Shown: positions 12,100 to 21,784 of the stretch, piece by piece
How positions within the stretch are numbered: position 1 is the stretch's first letter
Layout of the letters: the number at the start of each line of letters is the position of its first letter
DNA from: Azolla caroliniana
Taxonomy: Eukaryota; Plantae; Polypodiophyta
Assembly (NCBI GenBank): GCA_043228905.1
Contig: JBHGNT010000017.1
Span: 5,952,001-6,016,000 of the forward strand
Length of the DNA: 64,000 nt
Reading direction: 5' to 3'
Made by a program: the position numbers and the translations under genes
Notes under the pieces: generated by a model
Databases searched by the model: none
What the model saw: only the letters and a program-made list of their open reading frames with translations
What the model was told of the DNA's origin: nothing

Positions 12100-15000
12100 G
12101 TGTTGTACATTTTAGGGTTAGGGATGACGATTATGATAGCATGATTATAATGATGGGTGTGATGATGGAGATAAGCATTGTGGAATGGTGGAGATGATGA
12201 ATGGTATGATGGTGAGAGAGAACATGAAGAACAAGACAAGCATTGAGGGGTGGGGGGTGGTGCCTAGAATGGCTCCACCCCCCTCCCAAGGGGGTTCAAC
12301 ATAAGGGGAGGGAAGAGAGAGAGAGAGAAATGACAAGAGAGAGATTGAGAGAGAAATGTTTTCCTTGTTCATTCATTCCCCATAAGGGGTTAAATAGGTA
12401 CAAAAGGGTAGATACACAAGGGTGCAAGCCCCTTCGGCATTCACACCTAGTCACTCACTCACACCTCTTTGTATCCAACACACTCACACTTACATTCACA
12501 CTCATAATCATATAAGATTACACATACATATTAACACATTACATCTTTCACCCTCAGTTATCACATTTATCAATCACCCGTACATCTCGTACAGTAACAC
12601 AATATGGCACGCCCGTGGGAGAGTGCCTTGCACGTCGATCCCACATGCCTTGATCACAATCTTTCTTCGGCCGGAACTTCCATCGATCCTCTCAACGATT
12701 GACTCCCTCGATCGGAGCGCTTGACTCGAACATCTTTGTCGGTCAGCGAATCTTCATCGACACGAACATTCTCGTTCTGTTGTTCACGAACTTCGGTAAC
12801 ATCAACGATCGACTCCCTTGATCGAAGCGCTTGACTCGAACATCTCCGTTGGTCAGCGAATCTTCATCGACATGAACATTCCCGTTATGTCGGTTCACGA
12901 ACTTCGGTAACATCATTTGGGTCGTCAAAAAACGTTGTATGTATGTGTGTTCTTCCTTTTGTTGATTTTGTGAGTTGTGTGTCGATCGCGTCCATTTCTT
13001 TTAGGTTGATGAGTTTTCGAAATTTCGTAGGTGCCCTTTGATTTTTTAAAATTTTGACAATGCCGTCATGTTTTTCGAAATTCTTTGGATGCCCTCAGGT
13101 TTTCAAAACTCCTCGAATGCCCCTTATCATTCTCTTTTTCCCTCTTTTTTTTCTGTTTTCTGTCTACTTTTTTTGTTCTTTCTCTCATGGTTCTGTTTTT
13201 TCTTATTCTCTGTGTGACTTCATCCTCTTGTTTGTCTATCTCTCTTCTTCCATATTCCTTTCTTCCATTTTTTCTTCTTCTTGCGTGATGTCCTTCTTCT
13301 CTTTCTTCTTCCTCATGCCGCTTCTTCGTTTTCTTTGTTCTCTTTTGTTCATTAATGGCTACATCTCCTTCCACTTCTTCTTCTTCTTCTTCTTCTTCTT
13401 CGTCTTCTTCTTCTATGCATTTCTCTTCTCTTCTCTTCTTATTTTCTGCATGTCTACATCTTTCTTCTCTGCTCATCCGCCAAGGATAGGAAATCATCTG
13501 ACAGTTCATCCTTTATTGTTTCAATGCTTTCTCTATCCAGGATGTAAACTTCGTCGCCTTCTTTCCGCCGGTTTTCCGCATTTGCCCGCATCAACTGTAG
13601 CTTGGTTGCCTGCTTAACCCATTTCGACCACCACTGTACGGAGCTTTCTTCCACCAATTGCTTCATTTGATTCTTCCATGCCAGTACAATGTCCCAGATC
13701 CGGCCCAGTCCCATCTTCGACTTGTTTTTCGTCCTTCAATTGTTTGATCAGGCTTGCCGTTGCCACTTCTTGGCTTCTGTAGTGCAAGAGTTGGGTATGA
13801 TATGTCGTTTGAACTCTGTTCAGAGCCATTGTAGCGCTCTCCGTTTCCGCATGGTGCTGCACTTGCAGGTCCAATCGCTCTTTCGTTGCTGCTGTCAGTT
13901 GTTTTGCTTGTTCGGCTCCCTTTGACTGCTCTTCCATCATTGCCGTTGTCAACTGGTTAACTTCCTCTCGGAGTTCTCTGCACTTTTCCTGCTGCCGGTC
14001 ACTTTCAGTAGTCAATTTCTTATGATCGACATCCAAATGCTTATAATCCCGGTGCAGATGGTCGAAGTTGTCGGTTTTCTGTTTGAGCTTTTGATTTATA
14101 AGCTGGAGAGCGCAGTCCTCACGGTCTTTTTTTTGCCGGAGCTCTTCTTTGAGGCACTCAATCTCTACTTCCACTGTCCTCTGGAGTTTCTCTTTTTCTT
14201 GCATAAGTTTGTCTTTCTCTTCTTTCAGCCGGTCATACGCTTGATGACCTCTTCTCAGGCTTTCCTCTATTCGGCGGAGGCTGTCGGCCATTCTCCTTTG
14301 TTCCTCCTCCACCGCTTTTTTCAATTCTCGCTCCCTGGCCCGTAAGGCTTCTTGTGCTGCCAGGTCTTCCCTTAGTGTGGCGAGCTCCTGTGCTGACGAG
14401 TCATGAGTATCTGGGCCCGCCGCCGTCAGGGGGTTCAGTCGAGTTACCGGGCCCACCAGTTTTGATTGCTATGGTCCTTCTATGACCAACTTGGCCATGT
14501 CTTTTCTGGCCTTCTCTGTGTCTTCTTCCATGCTCCGGATTCTTGACCGGGCCATCTCTAATTCCTCGGTTGTGGCTAGCAACCGGGCTTCCTGCTCTTG
14601 CTCTTCTGCTTCTAATTGGCCAACAACACCAGTCACTTGTTCTGCCACCCAACGGAGCCATCGACTGACGGTGCCTTGGGATCGTGCCGGTTCTGGTGGT
14701 GGGATGGCGTTTCCACTGGTCACGAGGCTACTATTGACAATTACGTCCCCCAGCCGCTCCCGTTATGGTTGTTGCTGTTGTGGCGGTGATGCCGACAATT
14801 CAATGACCGGTTCTTGATTCACCGGTACTGACGTGTCCTGGACTGCTGGTTCCGCAATGTCTTGCCGCAGCCCTTGCTCCGTCCTCGAGTCTTGTTGAGC
14901 CCGTTTTGCCATCTTCCTCGGTTGCGGCTCCTCAGGGGAGGGTTCCCGTCTATTCTCCTCCGTGAGCCTTGATGGTCCCCCTTCGTGGCCCTTTTCTCTT

Positions 15001-15450
15001 GTTTGGCGACGCCGTAGCAGCGTCTCGGTTGGCTCATCTTCCTGTCGTTCTTCTTCTAGTGTCTCGTTGTTGATTACCGCTGCCAAGGGGTCCTACCCCT
15101 GTGTTTTCTCTGGTTGCTGCTCTGCTTGATGTTCTGTCAAACGCAACTTGATTTTCAACGGTCTCCCCGAGGTGTCCACCGAGGCCTCCTTCTCTGCCAA
15201 TTGCTTCCGATTCGGCCGTTCCTTCGCCTGGGTAGCCAGGAGTTGCTGCCGTTTTGAAGCTGTTTTGGGGGTCGCTTCTGTCGATCTTCCCCTCTTCCTT
15301 TGTTTCACGGGCTCCGCTGGTGGTGCTAACCAAGTGAGCCATTGCGCCACTGTTGTCCACATCTTTTTGCCATCTTTTATCGAGACAATGGCAGCGCTCA
15401 GGCCGAAGCACCAGAAGACAATGAGATCATGTTGCAAGGTCGACATCATG
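12100..15450 (+). mobile_element. Truncated LTR element: 501-bp LTR (12100-12600), tRNA-Arg-type PBS, then antisense ORFs
   Basis: Termini GTGTTGTAC...CAGTAACAC, then TGGCACGCCCGTGGGA at 12605-12620, which resembles the complement of the plant tRNA-Arg(UCU) 3' end. Internal repeats at 12715-12920. No gag or pol seen. Orientation taken from the PBS. Confidence 0.6.
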
Positions 15451-15515
15451 TAATGCATATCCCAACTCAACCAAATGGTTGGGATTATGGCTTTTATGTG
15501 ATGAATATTATACAA
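13614..15515 (-). pseudogene. Extra ORF(s) of the LTR element, coiled-coil rich, broken into 15093-15515, 14763-15086, 14469-14723 and 13614-14456
   Basis: Collinear minus-strand ORFs. 13614..14456 (280 aa) is E/K/Q/L heptad-rich. No recognisable enzyme motif. Confidence 0.55.
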
Positions 15516-15729
15516 TGCTAGTCGAGGATTTTATTCTTGGATGGATATCTCTAGAATTTGTAAGTTGGTTTGCAAATGGATGTCTCATGTGGATCTTGTT
15601 GGATCTTGTTCTTATACATATTTGTTCACAGGGCACAGAGACGTGGTTCACCCAATATGACGTGGATTCCCTTTGGATTCAAGTCGCAAGTTGGGCTCGA
15701 TGGGTTTTGGGATTCTAGCTGTGACTGGT

Positions 15730-15905
15730 GGACGGATTTTGTAAATTTTGTATACGATAGCTCTTGTCAATAAACAGATTTTGTAAACTTTGTATACGGA
15801 GGATATTGTAAACTTTGTATGGAGTAGATTTTGTAAATTTTGTATGCGGAGGATATTGTAATATCTTTGTATGCAACAGATTTTGTAAATGTGGCTGAAT
15901 TTTGA
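15730..15905 (+). repeat. Tandem repeat GATTTTGTAAATTTTGTATACGGA-like
   Basis: About six imperfect copies. Confidence 0.8.
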
Positions 15906-16924
15906 AAATGTGGCCACACATTGTATATCAACTAGCGTTATTAATGTAATATCTACCCACTCGAAAATGTTGTGTTTTTAGACCGTTTTGTTGGATCTCG
16001 AGTGTTGGATTCAGAGACTGTTTTTATACATGGGTGAGCCGGTTCAAAAAATGTTGAGCACACATGGATCATTCAACTTTGTCAAGCATTCCATAGGCAA
16101 GTATTGTACTTCCCACATGCAAAATCCATCCGATGAATAAGAGGTATTGTCCTAAATCTCCAATCTTCAAGAGGGTCTTTCTCGAGACATTGTAAGCTTG
16201 GGTTGATGTAGGCAAGCTTGGGTCCTTTTCCAAATGAAGGTTATCTCTAGAATATATTTTAGAATGTATAAGACTATCATTCTTTTTAGAATGCATTCTA
16301 AGTTTTCTGTGGGGACATGCGAATTGCCATGATTGTGGATATATACTGTAAGGTAGGAATGTTGTTTTGTATGCACAATACTTTGGAGAGGATCCTACAC
16401 GCAGTCCATTTGAGCAAGGTAAAAACAACATTCTCTCTGAGGTTCAATCATTGGTTTTGAAAGCTATATTTCCAACCTTCTCATTGTTGTGAGTTGCCCA
16501 ATAGAGATTTTTATATTTTCTAAAGAAGAAGCTTTCTGTATGGGGAGGGGAAGGATGGGGATTTCCATATTGGTAGCCATTAAATCCTTGCAAAATGGAC
16601 TATGGTGTTGTCTTTGTGCTGGAGATTTTCAGCTTTTATCTATATATGCCATGGTGAGGATGAACAATTAGTGAAATGGTCATGTATATAGGTTTGAGGG
16701 TTAACTATTAGAAGAAATGGTTTAATGATAACCACCTTTATAGGAAACCATATCCTCATGTAGTTTTCCTAATTTTAATGATAATTAGATTTACTTTTAA
16801 TCCTCTCTCTCTCATAATATGATAATAGTTTTGTTTTAGTTAACTTTAATTAACAATTAATTACTAATCCTATCTCCCTTTCTCACTATGTCTCTAATTT
16901 TGTAAGAATTTTTAGGTCTAATAA

Positions 16925-17880
16925 TTAATGCCCAATGTGAGGAGTTAAAGGTAGAATATGCAAACAAGCCAAGTGTTTGGTAACATATAGAAGGAGGATG
17001 GTGTGGCTTGACATGTGTGTGGAGGAAACTGTGGCCCAAGTTTGGTAGTATGTTCAACTACGGACATGTTGACACTACCAATATTGTGGAGAGACATTAG
17101 CAATTTATCAAATATACTGCCTTGAGAGGAAGAATAAACCGATCAATTACCGATCTTCTACATGTTTTAATCAGGGACTGTGAAACTGACACTTGTGTCG
17201 GAGGGACCGTCATTGAATGGTACAAACAACAACAAGAAATATGTGAGAGTGGTAGAAAACCACCCCGTGCAAATTGTAGGGATCAAAGGTCAAGACTTAA
17301 AGAGGTTGCGAGGATACTCGAAAGGTATGAAACTAATATTGCAACATTGCATATTGTGAACGAGACCCGATATTGGTTTAAAATTTTGAGCTTGACAACT
17401 TCCACCCTATGGTATAATGTATCACTCTAGTGCTCATATTGTGATTGCCAAGACCTTGTGAGCAAATGTAAGCATATACTTGATATCCGAATGATTATTG
17501 ATAGGCACATGCCACATCTATGCGGGTCGTTACCTTTTATAGATCATGTGGCCCATATGCGCAACGATCATTTCACAGAAAAAGAAGTGGAGATAGAGGT
17601 AGAACTAGTCGAGGAGACAAACCCTATAGCATCAAATATGGAGGAATGGGAGTCAAAATTACAAATGGGTGACGCAATTTTGCAATGTCTCAAGCAAGGG
17701 TTATGATCCCTCAACTGTGCAACAGTTTTGGCATGTATGGAGTCCATTGAAGAAATGACCCAGACCGAATGGTATCGCAAATGGTATCACGTTGATGCAC
17801 CAAAACCCATCGATAAAGAAGACAGTGGATCCATAAGGTGGTCACAAGCAATTGGGGCAAAGAGAAGAGCATCAATCTGT
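16925..17880 (+). pseudogene. MuDR/MULE transposase C-terminal fragment with SWIM zinc finger
   Basis: 'GHVDTTNIVERH*QFIKYTALRGRINRSITDLLHVL' and SWIM-like 'YNVSL*CSYCDCQDLVSKCKHI'. In-frame stops present. Confidence 0.7.
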
Positions 17881-17918
17881 CAAGATTCGAACTCTTGACA
17901 TGACCACGTTATAATCGA

Positions 17919-18349
17919 GTGTTATGTGTTAACCACACATCTAACATATAATCATGTATATACTTCCTCATTGTAGGTTTTAGCTAGCATCATGTGCATA
18001 ATTTCTCCCTTGTATTATTTACACTTGACACATGCATGCGTACCTACTGCCTACATGCTCTATTGTATCACATGCGTGCAACAAGTATGCATGCCACTTA
18101 GTATAAATAGTTGAGTTCACCTTGAATTCCTATGCATGCCACTTAGTATAAATAGTTGAGTTCACCTTGAAGGAATTCAAGGTGAACAACGCCAGTCATG
18201 GACATATCACTCTAGTATTCTTGTTTCGCCCATGTTCTCTCCTTAATCTTCATCTCTATCTTTATGCTCTTGTGTCATTCCGTCATCACTCCATTGTAGC
18301 CTCATCATCCGTGCTCCGTCTTAGTTCGCACTTGGTGTGTTCGTGACAC
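17919..18349 (+). mobile_element. Solo-LTR-like insertion with GTGT...ACAC ends and a 6-bp TSD
   Basis: AATCGA at 17913-17918 and 18350-18355. Termini GTGTTATG / CGTGACAC. Internal TATAAATAG followed by a CT-rich tract. Confidence 0.65.
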
Positions 18350-18599
18350 AATCGACATTTCACAAGATCTTATTGATGATTTTTTTTTTTTCGCGGGTTT
18401 TTGTCTTATCCAAATCGAATGGTGCAGATCGCACGCGCCATCAGCTGAGCAACCTGCACCGCCCGTGGCCGCGATTCCCTCGCTAGCCCTATTTATGATT
18501 TGGTAGCGGATAGACACGAGCTGCACACATACATACATACATACATACATACATAAGAAGCAAGGACATGTGGTGCTGCTATAAATTGCTTACTCTGAA

Positions 18600-20480
18600 T
18601 TGTTCCGTTCTCTTGTGAAACGTCAATCAACGTTGATTTTGAACCGATTTTGCTACCGAGCTACAGTCAAAATTGGTAGAGACAGGCAGAAGCTGCTACA
18701 ATGGAAAGAAGCCCAAGCTGGGCGATGGAAGGAAGGGCTCAGCCTCCTCAGGACAGGCCATGGCATGATGACAGATCCCAACCCCATCACGTTTGCTGCC
18801 ATGGTTCGAATCTGCACCAAAGCAAACGCTCTAATGGATGGGATGCTCGTACACTCCCAGGTCGTCATGGCAGGACATGACTCCGATCTGCGTTTGGCTT
18901 GCCGCCTCCTCCAAATGTATGGAAATTGCCGTCGCCGTCAGGATGCGAGGAATGTCTTCAATCGTATGTCTCATCAAGATGTCATCTCATGGACTTCTAT
19001 CATCAGTGCATATGGTGACCACTTACATGGCCATGAAGCTTTTGCACTTTTCCAGCAAATGATGGTATCAGGTGTTAAGCCAAACCGGATCACATACCTT
19101 TGCATACTTCCAGTATGTGCTCGCCAAGATACCCTCTCAATGGGCAAAGAGATTCATACCACGATTGCAAATAGAGATATTGAGTCGGATATCGTTGTCG
19201 GTACCGAGCTCATCAACATGTATGGAAAGTTTGGGAGCTCAAAGGATGCTAGGAAAATGTTTGATAAGATGCCAGAACGAAATGTAGTCACTTGGAATGC
19301 CATGATTTCTACTTATGCTCAACATGGTAATGGTAAAGAGGCTCTTCATCTTTTTCGGCAAATGTTGCATGAAGGCATTGAGCCGAGTAAAGTAACGTTT
19401 GTTAGCACTCTACATGCTTGTGCTCACCAGCTAGCTTTAGCACAAGGTAAGTGGATCCATGGCTACATAAAAACGCTAAATTTGGAGGTAGATATTGCTG
19501 TTGGAACTGCACTTGTACATATGTATGGTAAATGTGAGGATCTTGAGGAGGCATACTGTGCTTTTTATGATATACCCAATCGAGATGTGGTCACATGGAC
19601 ATCTATGATCACCATTCACACAGAGAAGGGGAAGGGGAATGAAGCAATTTGTCTTTTTGAGATGATGGTGCAAGAAGGAATTGTGCCCAATGAAGTAACT
19701 TTTGTTAATGGACTTGATGCATGTGCCAGCCAGACAGACCTTGTCCAAGGCAAGAAAATGCATATATATTTGAGAGATTTCCGGCTAGATTCCCATGTTA
19801 TTGTAGCGAATGCTCTCATAAATATGTATGGTAAATGCGGGAACCTAGAGAATGCACAAAAAGTATTTGAAAGAATGTTTGAGAAAAATAATATCTCGTG
19901 GAGTGCTTTGATTGGGGCTTACGCACATCATGGGAAGGCAAAGATGGTTTTGCATCTTTTCCAACGGATGCGAACAGAAGGCATACCTCCAGATGAGGTC
20001 ACATTCTCTAGCGTTTTATCGGCATGCAGCTTTGCAGGACTGGTAGAGGATGGGCATAGCTATTTCACATCTATGGGTAGAGATTATGGCATTGAACCCA
20101 CTGCTCAACACTACAATCGAATGCTTGATATTTTGGGGAGAGCAGGGATGTTAGAAGAATGTATCAAGCTTATCAATAGCATGCCAATGCGTGCTACGAC
20201 TACGACATGGATGACATTACTCGGTGCTTGCAAAATGCACTGTGATGAAGAACGAGGAAAGTTTGCTGCAAGCCAAGTTTTCAAGCTAGAACCTGAGTGT
20301 GCAACACCATATGTCTTGTTGTCTAACATTTATGCTTCCACTGGAAATTGGAAAGAATCAGAAAAAATGAGGAAAATTATGAAAGATAAGGGCATTGAGG
20401 TGCATCATCATGAAGATGGTTTCATTAAGGACATCGAGAAAACATATGTCTATGGAACTGATGCAGTAAGTCTTTGTTAA
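18600..20480 (+). CDS. PLS-class pentatricopeptide repeat protein with E domain, no DYW (putative organellar RNA editing factor)
   Basis: Uninterrupted 626-codon ORF with P-L-S repeats ('VVTWNAMISTYAQHG', 'ALINMYGKCG') and E motifs 'TWMTLLGACKMH' and 'PYVLLSNIYASTGNW'. The track start is TTG; the first in-frame ATG is at 18765, so the true start or an upstream exon is uncertain. Confidence 0.93.
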   Translation: MFRSLVKRQSTLILNRFCYRATVKIGRDRQKLLQWKEAQAGRWKEGLSLLRTGHGMMTDPNPITFAAMVRICTKANALMDGMLVHSQVVMAGHDSDLRLACRLLQMYGNCRRRQDARNVFNRMSHQDVISWTSIISAYGDHLHGHEAFALFQQMMVSGVKPNRITYLCILPVCARQDTLSMGKEIHTTIANRDIESDIVVGTELINMYGKFGSSKDARKMFDKMPERNVVTWNAMISTYAQHGNGKEALHLFRQMLHEGIEPSKVTFVSTLHACAHQLALAQGKWIHGYIKTLNLEVDIAVGTALVHMYGKCEDLEEAYCAFYDIPNRDVVTWTSMITIHTEKGKGNEAICLFEMMVQEGIVPNEVTFVNGLDACASQTDLVQGKKMHIYLRDFRLDSHVIVANALINMYGKCGNLENAQKVFERMFEKNNISWSALIGAYAHHGKAKMVLHLFQRMRTEGIPPDEVTFSSVLSACSFAGLVEDGHSYFTSMGRDYGIEPTAQHYNRMLDILGRAGMLEECIKLINSMPMRATTTTWMTLLGACKMHCDEERGKFAASQVFKLEPECATPYVLLSNIYASTGNWKESEKMRKIMKDKGIEVHHHEDGFIKDIEKTYVYGTDAVSLC

Positions 20481-21741
20481 GAAGAATGAATGATCATATA
20501 CAATCTTGTTCTGGAACATGGTTTCCCTAGAAAGTGTTACGTGAGGACTATAGAGAAACTAGGATTGATCAGATGGAACAGACGTCATGCATCTCTTGTT
20601 CACGTGTTGTTCTTCTCTCTAGGTGTTGTCTTATGCAATGGAGGAAGGATACAACTGTGTGGGTTTTGCCATATAAAAGTAGGGTCTGCATTTGGCAGAT
20701 GTATATTTTAAAGCACAATTATTGAAGATGCCATTACAGGTTTCAAATCATTAAATGCAGGGAGTAATACAACTATTGACATTTCCCCATGTGACCATAT
20801 CCAGACATTAGATTCCTTAATTGAACTCTTTAGTCTTGTTCTTCCGGTACAGCACCTTATTTCTGACCGATAAATTAAAGTTTAGAATGAGACTGGACCA
20901 GTTCTTGTGTCTTGAGCTCTAGCGCTCTAGCGTCGTGTTCATGCTCATCAGCACACAATGGAAGGGAAATATTCAAAGCTTGGGCATTGAATGGTGACTT
21001 AGTAGATCATTGTGTTTCAATGTCAGGGATTTGTAGATCCAATATAGTGATTTGAGATGGATATAACAATCTTTATCTTGCTATGGGAGATTGAAAGATC
21101 CTAGTGATAAGCTTCGTAAGGAGGACTGGAATTTGATATCAGTGGCAAGTACGGTTGGATCTTCTATAACGACTTACATGCATGATGGATCGTCACCCTA
21201 ATAGCTTCCAAGGGCCGTGGCAATTAGTTGCAAGAGTGGTTGATATGTTGTCATTTCTCGCTATGGATGACTAGTTTGATATCTAAACACATTGATGAGT
21301 ATGTCTTCGAACAATGCAGGAACTAACTGCCCTTGAAAGATAATGTTAAATTAAATCCCTCAACCTAACGACATTACACAAGTATTCACCACAATATCTT
21401 GGAGGTTATTTCGCAGCCATTTCTGTGAGTATGGCCACATAGATATTGTGAAGGAACATTGTTATTGATCTCATGTACCTTGGCATCATCATGTGAATAC
21501 ATGAGACATGAGATAAGAAGGCCATTAACAGTTATCAGCTAAACACAACATGGGTTTGCTTTTCATGGGCAGAAAATAAATCGATGGAAATGTTCCTGTT
21601 ACATATGTAGAAAACAGGAGATACAAAATTTCTACATAATTAGAAACATTGTGTTGACACTCTTGATCATGTTAATAGCTATATTACATTGTCTAAAGAA
21701 TGGTAGCATGTACAACGTAGGGGCATACCACACCCTAAATG

Positions 21742-21781
<40 letters not shown>

Positions 21782-21784
<3 letters not shown>

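Larger units (their letters stand above)
11654..15520 (+). pseudogene. Ulp1/Peptidase C48-like SUMO protease, split by the LTR element at 12100-15450
   Basis: 'DFIFIPIVVSGHWVLW...IIFCDPL' in ORF 11654..12100. Continuation at ~15451 reads 'VMHIPTQPNGWDYGFYVMN', the Q-x-NG-x-DCG motif with the catalytic Cys replaced by Tyr (TAT). Confidence 0.75.
9650..16000 (+). mobile_element. Remnant of a Ulp1-carrying DNA transposon (MULE/CACTA-like); boundaries uncertain
   Basis: Abrupt junction out of Copia B at ~9647. Many TTTAGGGTT motifs at 9915-10270, a Cys/His zinc-finger-like ORF at 10801-11226, a split Ulp1-like protease and subterminal-type tandem repeats. No TIR or TSD identified. Confidence 0.55.

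Noticed and set aside
13054-13617. Hydrophobic Phe/Ser-rich 187-aa ORF and its charged antisense partner
   Set aside because: Artefact of TTC/CT low-complexity sequence.
16040-16680. Possible coding relic on the minus strand
   Set aside because: No motif could be assigned with confidence.
20490-21500. DYW domain downstream of the PPR ORF
   Set aside because: No PG box, HxE or CxxC deaminase motifs seen in the ORF track or by eye.
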